Shown: positions 6,999-14,861 of the stretch, one piece after another
Position numbering within the stretch: the stretch's first letter is position 1
Layout of the letters: the number at the start of each line of letters is the position of its first letter
Assembly (NCBI GenBank): GCA_004524535.1
Contig: SDNY01000092.1
Coordinates: forward strand, 1-14,861
Source of the DNA: Promethearchaeota archaeon
GTDB lineage: Archaea; Asgardarchaeota; Lokiarchaeia; Sigyniarchaeales; SOKP01
Length of the DNA stretch: 14,861 bases
Direction: 5' to 3'
The notes under the pieces: generated by a model
Databases searched by the model: none
What the model was told of the DNA's origin: nothing
The model's input: the letters and a program-made list of their open reading frames with translations, nothing else
Position numbers and translations under genes: made by a program

Positions 6999-8512
6999 AA
7001 AGATAAAATTAAATGGAAATCTTATCGTTTTAAATAAAGTTAAATAATGTAAAAATAGTAAAAATTAACTTTTAAGATATTCTTGTAATAATAAAAAAAT
7101 TAATATACTTTAGAGGAAGAACGTCCATTCCATATTTTAAAAAAATTCTTCTTATTCAAGCTTCTCAAATTCGAGTACCTGGAGAATATCATTTTGGCAT
7201 ACCATATGGTGTTTTATTTCTGAATTCTTATTTGCGTAAGGCAGGCATAGATACTATGATTTTCGATAGACAATTAAATACTTCTCTGAAGAAATTAAAA
7301 GAAGTTACTTTAACATATAAGCCCGATGTTATTGGCATTTCTGCTATGACTTCTCAAAGTTATGATGCAAAATTGATAATGAAGAAAGTTAGAGAATGGA
7401 TGCCTAATATAATTATCATTGTTGGAGGTGTTCATTTTACTGCAGAACCACAAGATGGTCTTGATTATGGAGCGGATTATGTTTTTCGAGGAGAGGGTGA
7501 AAAATCTCTTCTTGATTTTATGAATAATGGCCCTCCCAAAGATAATAAAATTATTTGGGGTGAGCCTCTGGAAAATCTAAATGATATTCCAAATTTAACT
7601 ATGGATGATGTCAAACCTTATATCGAAATGCTTCGATGGGGTCCGATATATTATTTTGTTTTGATTGGATCAAGAGGGTGCCCTTATAATTGTAATTTTT
7701 GTTTGGGAAAAGACCAGAGACCAAAGGGAATACGCTATCATTCAATTGAGAGAATTATTGATTTTATCTCTCAAATTGTTGAAAAATTCGATGTCCATAT
7801 ATTTGGATTTTATGATGATATATTTGTTATGAAAAATTCGCGTGTAAGAGAATTTTGTGAAAAAATTAAGAAAGAATTCTCAATTCCTCTTAAATTTGAA
7901 TGCTTTACTCATGTAGGACACGGCAATAGTGAATTATATCGAATAATGCATCAATCTGGTTTTACTCGCATGTCATTTGGAGTTGAGCATGGAAATGATA
8001 GGATTTTATCAATAATGGATAAAAATATAACTATTGCAAAAATAAAGGAGACATGCAGACAAATTTATAAGGCGGGCATAAAACTTCATCTCACATATGT
8101 CCTAGGAAATATAACAGAAACAAATGAGACAATAACGGAAACTGTAAATTTCGCAATTTACCTTCATAACAAATATAAAGCAAGATCTTATATTTCTTTC
8201 ATGCAACCATTGCCAGGTGCTCCTATATATAAAGTTGCTGAGCAATATGGCTACTATTTACCGAAAAAAAGAATTTTTCAGAATATAGATTTATCTTATA
8301 TTCCTTTTAATGTTAGTGTTAAACATATGATAAAAGAAAGGAAAAGAGGTATGATTATGGGTAATTATTATGGGCTTTTGAGGAGTTATAAAATGATAAA
8401 ATTTATTCATTTTCTAAGAATTAAGACTAAAAATATCTGGGGTAAAAAGATTTTAATTAAGAGGATAAATAAAATTGCCTTAATATTGGAAGCTCTAGGA
8501 CGTTATACCTCA
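6999..8512 (+). repeat. Tandem duplication unit 1 (upstream region + radical SAM gene)
   Basis: AAAGATAAAA.TAAATG.AAATCTTATCGTTTTAAATAAAGT starts at both 6999 and 8513, and the following genes are close paralogs. Confidence 0.88.
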
Positions 8513-8530
8513 AAAGATAAAAATAAATGA
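7127..8530 (+). CDS. Cobalamin-binding radical SAM protein (class B methyltransferase-like), paralog 1; inferred ATT start
   Basis: B12 domain (KKILLI...PYGVLFLNSYLRKAG, PDVIGIS, IVGGVHFT, GEGE) plus SRGCPYNCNFC, F.DDIF, GVEHG and LPGAPIY. The first strand and helix lie upstream of TTG 7232. GAGGA (7113-7117) precedes ATT 7127. Confidence 0.85.
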   Translation: MPYFKKILLIQASQIRVPGEYHFGIPYGVLFLNSYLRKAGIDTMIFDRQLNTSLKKLKEVTLTYKPDVIGISAMTSQSYDAKLIMKKVREWMPNIIIIVGGVHFTAEPQDGLDYGADYVFRGEGEKSLLDFMNNGPPKDNKIIWGEPLENLNDIPNLTMDDVKPYIEMLRWGPIYYFVLIGSRGCPYNCNFCLGKDQRPKGIRYHSIERIIDFISQIVEKFDVHIFGFYDDIFVMKNSRVREFCEKIKKEFSIPLKFECFTHVGHGNSELYRIMHQSGFTRMSFGVEHGNDRILSIMDKNITIAKIKETCRQIYKAGIKLHLTYVLGNITETNETITETVNFAIYLHNKYKARSYISFMQPLPGAPIYKVAEQYGYYLPKKRIFQNIDLSYIPFNVSVKHMIKERKRGMIMGNYYGLLRSYKMIKFIHFLRIKTKNIWGKKILIKRINKIALILEALGRYTSKDKNK

Positions 8531-10071
8531 AAATCTTATCGTTTTAAATAAAGTAAAAATAGTAAAAACTAACTTTTAATATATCTTTTATTAATAAAAA
8601 TATTATTTATTATACAAGATTAGCTAGATAATATAGGAAAACAATTTCAAGGTTTTTTGGAGGAAGATCAAGGATTCCTTATTTTAATAAAATTCTTCTT
8701 ATTCAAGCATCTCAAATTCGAGTACCTAGAGAATATTCAGGCGGTCCTGCCCTACCACCATATGGTATTTTATTTCTGAATTCTTATTTGCGGAAGGCAG
8801 GTATTGTTACTATGATTTTCGATCGACAATTAAACATTTCTCTGAAGAAATTAAAAGAAGTTATTTTAGCATATAAACCTGATGTTATTGGCATTTCTGC
8901 TGTGACTTCTCAAAGTTATGATGCAGAATTGATAATAAAGAAAGTGAGAGAATGGATGCCTAATATAATTATCATTGTAGGAGGGGTTCATTTTACTGCA
9001 GAACCACAAGATGGTCTTGATTATGGAGCGGATTATGTTTTTCGAGGAGAGGGTGAAAAATCACTTCTTGATTTTATGAATAATGGTCCTCCAAAAGATA
9101 ATAAAATTATTTGGGGTGAACCTCTGGAAAATCTAGATGATATTCCTAATTTAACTATGGATGATATTGAACCCTATATCGAAATCAATCGATGGGGTCC
9201 GAGACATTTTTTTTATTTGATTGGATCAAGAGGGTGCCCTTATAATTGTAATTTTTGTTTGGGAAAAGATCAGAGACCAAAGGGAATACGCTATCATTCA
9301 ATTGAGAGAATTATTGATTTTATCTCTCAAATTGTTGAAAAATTCGAGGTCTATAGATTTCTATTTGTTGATGATATATTTGTTATGAAAAATTCGCGTG
9401 TAAGAGAATTTTGTGAAAGAATTAAGAAAGAGATCTCAGTTCCTCTTTATTTGAACTGTTTAACTCATGCAGGACACGGTAATAGTGAATTATATCACAC
9501 AATGCGTAAATCTGGTTTTACTGGCATTGGTTTAGGCGTTGAGCATGGAAATGACAGGATTTTATCGATAATAGGAAAAAATGCAACTAAAGCAAAAATT
9601 GAGGAGACATGCATACAAATTTATAAGGCGGGCATTAAACTTCATCTCCTATATATACTAGGAAATATAACAGAAACAAATGAAACAATTACAGAAACTG
9701 TAGATTTCGCAATTTACCTTCATAACAAATATAAGGCAAAATCTTGGTTTTCTTTTATGCAACCATTGCCAGGTGCTCCTATATATAAAGTTGCTGAGAA
9801 ATATGGCTACTATTTACCGAAAAAAAGAATTTTTCAGTATCATGAAATATCCTATGTTCCTTTTAATGCTACTGTTAAACATATGATAAAAGAAAGGAAA
9901 AGAGGTATGATTATGGGTAATTATTTTGGGCTTTTAAGGAGTTATAAAATGATAAAATTGATTCATTTTCTAAGAGATAGGACCAAAAATATCTGGGGTA
10001 AAAAGATGTTAATTAAAAGGATAAATAAAATTGCCTTAATCTTGGAAGCTCTAAGATCTTATACCTCAAAA
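8513..10071 (+). repeat. Tandem duplication unit 2
   Basis: Second copy of the 6999-8512 unit. Both coding copies end in TATACCTCAAAA. Confidence 0.88.
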
Positions 10072-10074
10072 TAG
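8674..10074 (+). CDS. Cobalamin-binding radical SAM protein, paralog 2; inferred ATT start
   Basis: Same motifs as paralog 1. The frame is open from stop 8629 with no ATG/GTG/TTG before 8788. GGAGGA (8659-8664) precedes ATT 8674 and IPYFNKILLIQ...LPPYGILFLNSYLRK. Confidence 0.85.
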   Translation: MPYFNKILLIQASQIRVPREYSGGPALPPYGILFLNSYLRKAGIVTMIFDRQLNISLKKLKEVILAYKPDVIGISAVTSQSYDAELIIKKVREWMPNIIIIVGGVHFTAEPQDGLDYGADYVFRGEGEKSLLDFMNNGPPKDNKIIWGEPLENLDDIPNLTMDDIEPYIEINRWGPRHFFYLIGSRGCPYNCNFCLGKDQRPKGIRYHSIERIIDFISQIVEKFEVYRFLFVDDIFVMKNSRVREFCERIKKEISVPLYLNCLTHAGHGNSELYHTMRKSGFTGIGLGVEHGNDRILSIIGKNATKAKIEETCIQIYKAGIKLHLLYILGNITETNETITETVDFAIYLHNKYKAKSWFSFMQPLPGAPIYKVAEKYGYYLPKKRIFQYHEISYVPFNATVKHMIKERKRGMIMGNYFGLLRSYKMIKLIHFLRDRTKNIWGKKMLIKRINKIALILEALRSYTSK

Positions 10075-10075
10075 T

Positions 10076-10327
10076 ATGGGAGTAGCATTTAATTTAAAGA
10101 AATTTAAGAAAGTATATTTCGAGACATCGGCTTCTGCGTCTTTTGGCATTTATAATAGATTTAAGGCTGTAGGCTCTAAACATATTTTATTTGGATCTGA
10201 CTCTCAGGTTGTATCTCCAATCCAGCTTGAAATCGACAAAATATTGACATTGCCTATTTCTAATGAGGTAAAACAAGATATTTTTTACAATAATGTAAAC
10301 AAGCTAACTGAATTTTGTCGAAAATAA
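10076..10327 (+). pseudogene. C-terminal 83-codon remnant of amidohydrolase 2 (right copy of direct repeat)
   Basis: Aligns without gaps to 6606-6857. It lacks the HxH and the other His ligands, and GSDSP is changed to GSDSQ. Confidence 0.8.
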
Positions 10328-10485
10328 TTTTATTATTAATCCTTTAATTTTTATCAACTTTATAATTAACATTAGAGATTGCTATTATAGGTTTAACTTC
10401 TTATTTTCATTTTAATAAAAAAATAATTAAAAGTTGTAAACTATATTTTCTATTAAGTAATAAAAAAAAATTTATTAGTGATTAA

Positions 10486-11016
10486 GTGACACTTGATAAA
10501 GATAATTACAAGATTATAGAAATTTCAAAAGTTGACAACAAAATCATTAAAAAATTAATAGATAATTTAAAATTAGGCATATCTGATGATTTTTTCATCT
10601 CGTTTGAAAGTTTATTAAAATTAGGAAAAAAAGCAGAATCTGTGATAGAATCACAAATTAAAGATATAGACGATGAACATAGCTTTAAAAAAGAAATTTT
10701 TAATATTCTTCTAAAGTCTATCAAGACAAAAGAGATTGAAAATCCTCTAATAAAAAAACTGTATCATCCTGATTTTACTATTAGAGCAAAAGCAATAATA
10801 CATCTTGAAAAGAATGAGGCTTTAAAATATCTTAATTTAATTTTACCATTAGCATCTGATCCAGACGATTCTGTGCGATGGGCAGTTGTAAAATTACTTG
10901 GAACACTAAATCAGTTAGAAAATCCAAATATTTCTAAAGTATTAAAAAAGCAATTAAATTTTGAATCAAATCCAGTAATTCAAAAAAAAATTAAAAAGAT
11001 TTTAAAAAAATCTTAA
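10486..11016 (+). CDS. HEAT-repeat (PBS-lyase/HEAT_2-like) protein
   Basis: Repeats LIKKLYHPDFTIRAKAIIHL, LILPLASDPDDSVRWAVVKLLG and LNFESNPVIQKKIKKIL. GTG start after AGTGA. Confidence 0.75.
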   Translation: MTLDKDNYKIIEISKVDNKIIKKLIDNLKLGISDDFFISFESLLKLGKKAESVIESQIKDIDDEHSFKKEIFNILLKSIKTKEIENPLIKKLYHPDFTIRAKAIIHLEKNEALKYLNLILPLASDPDDSVRWAVVKLLGTLNQLENPNISKVLKKQLNFESNPVIQKKIKKILKKS

Positions 11017-11187
11017 AATAAATTTTTTAGTTTTTGTAAGTAAAATTTTAAATTGATTTTGACACTCATTAATTTAATTCAAAAAATTTTGTATTTTCCA
11101 AATTATTAAAAATTAGAGTGCATATTTATTATCAATAATATTGTTCAGTCTTTTATAATTTCAAATCTGATAACAAGGTAATAAAAA

Positions 11188-14100
11188 TTGACGCAAAATA
11201 GAATCCAAATCGGAATAGAAAAGATTCTATTAGCACTAGTTATCTATTTCGTTCTAATATTTGTAGCTAATAATCAAACTTCTCAAAATCACCTCACAAA
11301 AAACCAGAACGAAATTGAAGTAGTGAATGAAATTAACCCGCCCAAAAATTCGGATTTTATGATTTTAGACAATATCACGATCGATGATGATGGGGGTACA
11401 ACTGGATATATTACATGGAGCGAAGCTGCTGATCTTGAGTGGTGTAGTGGAAATGGATCTTTGGGTAATCCTTATGTTATTGAAAATGTAATAATTAATG
11501 GATGGGGTTCTACCTGTGTTAGTATTAAGGATTCAACTGCTTATTTTATTATAAGAAATTGTACATTTTATAATGCCACTGGAACTAGTATTGGAATAGA
11601 ATTAGATTCTGTTTCCAATGGTACGATATTTAACAACAGCATATCAAATTGTTATAGAGGGATCTCAATTATGGATAGCACTAATAATTCAATTTTGGAG
11701 AATAATATTATTAATTCTTCATTTGTAGGTATTTATTTATATAGCTATTGTGATTTTAATAATATTTCGGGGAATATTATTACCAGTAATGGGGGTAGTA
11801 TTGGAATCTATATCCATTCTTATTGTGATAACAATACAGTGAAAGGTAATGAAGTCTTTTCCCATAGCAATGAAGGTATATATATCTATAATAATGAAAA
11901 TAATACTGTATCTGATAATATCATCTATAATAATAATATTGGGATTCATATAAGATTTAAAGGAAATCATATAGTGTCTGGTAATAATATTTATAATTCT
12001 AGTCAATATGGAATTGATATATATCGTTGTCATAATAACATGGTTTTCGATAACAACATAACAAATAGCAGATTAGACGGAATTTATCTATATCAGAGTG
12101 AGAATTGCAGCTTTATAAATAATGCAATGACCTTAGAGGGGATGCTTTTTTCAGGTAGCATTATAGAATTATCTTCTCATAATGTCGATACTTCTAATAC
12201 GGTTAATGGGAAAATTTTATATTATTATAACCATGTAAATGACCTTGATGAAAATAATTTTATAAATGCTGGACAGGTAACTCTAATATCCTGTAATAAT
12301 TCTATTATTTCAAATATTAATGCTTCATATGGTTCAAGGGCAATTTCTCTTTATTATTGTAAAAATAATACAATCCATAATAACATCGTATCATATAGTA
12401 AATATCATGGGATATCCTTATTATATAGTCAAAATTGCTCAATAACAAATAATTATGGAGAGGATATGAACTATAATACAATCTATTTATATAAAAGCTC
12501 TAATAATACCATATCTAATAATGAAGCGCATTATAATCGGGTTCATGGTATCTACTTGGTAGATAGTCATAATTGCACTATATCAGACAATAGAATGTAT
12601 GCTAACGAAGATTACGGAATAGATTTATATAGTTCAAGCAACAATACTGTCTACAATAACACATGTTCTGATGGTGATTCTTATGGAATAAGAATTTATC
12701 AAGGAACATTAAACAAAATCATTGGTAACCATATTTTTAAGAATACTCTATATGGTATTTATGTGTATACTAGTAGTAATAATCTCCTTAGTATGAACAA
12801 TGTTTCTAAAAACCAACAATATGGCATATTTTTAAGAAGTGGTTCTGAAAATATCGTGGTTAGAAATAATATTACTGATAATGTCGGGTATGGTGTTTAT
12901 ATATATGACAGTCCGAAAAACCACATAAAGAATAACTATTTTATTAATAATGGTATGCAGTTTTTTGATGATTTTGACGATTTAATCTCATATGATATTG
13001 ATAATAGCAACAAAATCAACGGAAAGATTCTCTATTGCTATATTAATGAGACTTCTTTAGGAGCAACCGATTTTACGGACGCGGGTAAAATTATTTTGAT
13101 CAATACTCACAATTCTAAAATAGAAGACCTCTCAATATCAAATTCTTCAATAGGAATTCTTTTATGGTATAGTAATAATAATTCATTTTCTAATATAACC
13201 ATAGTTAATGAAAGCTTAGCTTTTTACTTTGAAAATAGTGATTTGAATAATATAACTAATTCTAATATTTATAACAATCGAATAGGAATTTATTTATATT
13301 CTAGTGATAACACATATGTTAACTCTTCTAAAGTGAGTTCTAATATTGAGAATGGAATTTATTATGATTTTTGTTCTAATACAAAAATCTTAGATAGCAG
13401 CATTAGTGATAATCATAATTATGGTATCTATATTATGAGAAGTACAAGCAATACCATAGTCAATAATAGTATTGAAGATAATTCTTATGGAATTTTTATT
13501 GACGATCAATCTCAAGATTCAATGATTTATTTAAATTACTTTATTGGAAATAGTATTCATGCAATTGATGATGGTTTCAATAATAAATGGGATAACGGAA
13601 CAATTGGTAATTTTTGGGATAATTTTACTGGAAAAGATATAGATGATGACGGAATTGGAGACTCTATATACCTAATACCGGGTTTGGCTTCAAATAGCGA
13701 TACCAAACCCATTTGGTGGGATGCCCCTCATGTAAATTTTTCATTTCCTCTAAATTTTACCTTATTTGGAAAAAATGCACCTTTTTATAATATAACTATT
13801 GAGGAGGGAAGGGGGCATACATTCTGGTATGAATTCATTGAAACGGGATATAAATCTTACACTGCCATGAGTGGTATAGCTAATGAAAATGTGAGTGGAT
13901 TTTTCAATCAAGGTCAATGGAGCCTTCTTAGTGATGGTAACCAACTTATTAGATTTTATATTAATGATAGTATGGGTTTTATGAATACCACAGATGTTGT
14001 AATTAGAGTAGATCAAACAGGTCCAGCAATTACTCTCATAGTTACACCATTATTCTCTAATGGAATCACAAACATTCAAGCGTACAACACTACAGAAATC

Positions 14101-14861
14101 ATTACCGGGAATCTATTAGCAAATGTTTCCTTACCTGGTGAAGGTTATATTTACCCCGAACTTACTTACCAAGGCACGAATCTATGGACGGGATCCTTTG
14201 ATGTATTTTTGTATGGTAGTGGTACTTATACGGTTTATGTGAATGGAACAGATAAAGTCGGGAATGTCGGATATGCTACACCCGAGAGTATCACCGGAGA
14301 TTTGATTAGTCCAACAATTACTCTAATGGTTTTACCATTATTCTCTAATGGAATTACAGTAATTCAAGCTTTTAATATTACCGAAGTCATCAGTGGCAGT
14401 CTCTTAGCGAATGTATCCCTTCCCGGAGGAGAATATATTTATCCCGCTCTAACTTATCAGGGCGGGAATTTATGGAATGGGTCATTTGATGTATCTGCAT
14501 ATGGTGAAGGCTCCTATACTGTGTATGTAAATGGTAGCGACCTTGCAGGGAATATAGGTTATGCTACACCCGAGAGTATTACTGGAGATTTAACACCTCC
14601 AACAATTACTCTCACAGTTTTACCACTTATTTCTAACGGTCTAACGGTGATTGAAGCATATAACACAAGCGAAGTAATAAGTGGTAGTCTTTTAGCGAAT
14701 GTATCCCTTCCCGGAGGAGGAAATTATTATCCCGCTCTAACTTATCAGGGCGGGAATTTATGGAATGGGTCATTTGATGTATCTGCATATGGCGAAGGAT
14801 CCTATATGGTTAATGTAAATGGTAGCGACCTTGCAGGGAATATAGGTTATGCAACTCCCAA
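11188..14861 (+). CDS. Large secreted/cell-surface protein: signal/TM segment, NosD-like right-handed beta-helix (PbH1/CASH) region, then tandem Ig-like domains; 3'-truncated (>1,220 aa)
   Basis: Frame 1 is open from TTG 11188 to the window end. It reads MTQNRIQIGIEKILLALVIYFVLIFVANN, WCSGNGSLGNPYVIEN, many GIYL..S.NN.I..N.I..N turns, GNFWDNFTGKDIDDDGIGD (about 13606), then D..PTITL...YTVYVNG.D.AGN repeats. Many N-X-S/T sequons. Confidence 0.9.
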   Translation, partial: MTQNRIQIGIEKILLALVIYFVLIFVANNQTSQNHLTKNQNEIEVVNEINPPKNSDFMILDNITIDDDGGTTGYITWSEAADLEWCSGNGSLGNPYVIENVIINGWGSTCVSIKDSTAYFIIRNCTFYNATGTSIGIELDSVSNGTIFNNSISNCYRGISIMDSTNNSILENNIINSSFVGIYLYSYCDFNNISGNIITSNGGSIGIYIHSYCDNNTVKGNEVFSHSNEGIYIYNNENNTVSDNIIYNNNIGIHIRFKGNHIVSGNNIYNSSQYGIDIYRCHNNMVFDNNITNSRLDGIYLYQSENCSFINNAMTLEGMLFSGSIIELSSHNVDTSNTVNGKILYYYNHVNDLDENNFINAGQVTLISCNNSIISNINASYGSRAISLYYCKNNTIHNNIVSYSKYHGISLLYSQNCSITNNYGEDMNYNTIYLYKSSNNTISNNEAHYNRVHGIYLVDSHNCTISDNRMYANEDYGIDLYSSSNNTVYNNTCSDGDSYGIRIYQGTLNKIIGNHIFKNTLYGIYVYTSSNNLLSMNNVSKNQQYGIFLRSGSENIVVRNNITDNVGYGVYIYDSPKNHIKNNYFINNGMQFFDDFDDLISYDIDNSNKINGKILYCYINETSLGATDFTDAGKIILINTHNSKIEDLSISNSSIGILLWYSNNNSFSNITIVNESLAFYFENSDLNNITNSNIYNNRIGIYLYSSDNTYVNSSKVSSNIENGIYYDFCSNTKILDSSISDNHNYGIYIMRSTSNTIVNNSIEDNSYGIFIDDQSQDSMIYLNYFIGNSIHAIDDGFNNKWDNGTIGNFWDNFTGKDIDDDGIGDSIYLIPGLASNSDTKPIWWDAPHVNFSFPLNFTLFGKNAPFYNITIEEGRGHTFWYEFIETGYKSYTAMSGIANENVSGFFNQGQWSLLSDGNQLIRFYINDSMGFMNTTDVVIRVDQTGPAITLIVTPLFSNGITNIQAYNTTEIITGNLLANVSLPGEGYIYPELTYQGTNLWTGSFDVFLYGSGTYTVYVNGTDKVGNVGYATPESITGDLISPTITLMVLPLFSNGITVIQAFNITEVISGSLLANVSLPGGEYIYPALTYQGGNLWNGSFDVSAYGEGSYTVYVNGSDLAGNIGYATPESITGDLTPPTITLTVLPLISNGLTVIEAYNTSEVISGSLLANVSLPGGGNYYPALTYQGGNLWNGSFDVSAYGEGSYMVNVNGSDLAGNIGYATP
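14011..14861 (+). repeat. 288-bp (96 aa) tandem coding repeats, Ig-like domains, about 3 copies visible
   Basis: Units start at 14011 (DQTGPAITL), 14299 (DLISPTITL) and 14587 (DLTPPTITL). Each contains LLANVSLPG...YP.LTYQG.NLW.GSFDV..YG.G.Y.V.VNG.D..GN.GYATP. Confidence 0.93.

Noticed and set aside
6858-7126. CRISPR array or structured ncRNA/cobalamin riboswitch upstream of the B12-dependent genes
   Set aside because: No regularly spaced 25-40 bp repeats and no GC-paired stems or B12-box. The sequence is very AT-rich.
8528-8530. TGA as possible selenocysteine read-through
   Set aside because: It lies beyond the homologous C-terminus, in sequence derived from the duplicated upstream region, and does not align to a Cys.
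7127-10327. Diversity-generating retroelement (template/variable repeat) explanation for the paralog differences or the 250-bp repeat
   Set aside because: Mismatches involve all four bases in both copies rather than only adenines, and no reverse transcriptase is present in the window.
10483-10494. AAGTG-A-CACTT palindrome over the HEAT gene start codon
   Set aside because: Only 5-bp arms, which is expected by chance.
10506-10724. Minus-strand 72 aa ORF
   Set aside because: Antisense to the HEAT-repeat gene.
11737-14016. Minus-strand ORFs 11737-12033 and 13762-14016
   Set aside because: Shadows of the long plus-strand surface-protein ORF. Asn-rich AAT codons read as Ile on the reverse strand.

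Overview
AT-rich archaeal chromosomal window, probably Asgard/Lokiarchaeia-like. This is inferred from GGTGA/GGAGG Shine-Dalgarno sites, a stand-alone longin-like protein and a WCSGxGxxxNPYxIEN-type beta-helix surface protein. In order: the 3' end of a 2-oxoacid (pyruvate):ferredoxin oxidoreductase alpha subunit; a beta subunit that appears circularly permuted inside its TPP-binding motif; a crotonase; YjbQ; a 3-TM protein plus a longin-like protein; a LarA-family NPN-dependent racemase divergent from two tandem amidohydrolases; a 3.47 kb block of two tandem-duplicated B12-binding radical SAM genes bracketed by direct repeats of the amidohydrolase 3' end; a HEAT-repeat protein; and a >1,200 aa secreted NosD/beta-helix + Ig-like repeat protein that runs off the window and is missing from the ORF track. 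Three consecutive genes (amidohydrolase 2 and both radical SAM genes) seem to need non-canonical ATA/ATT start codons to include conserved N-terminal motifs. No RNA genes, CRISPR arrays or transposases were recognised.
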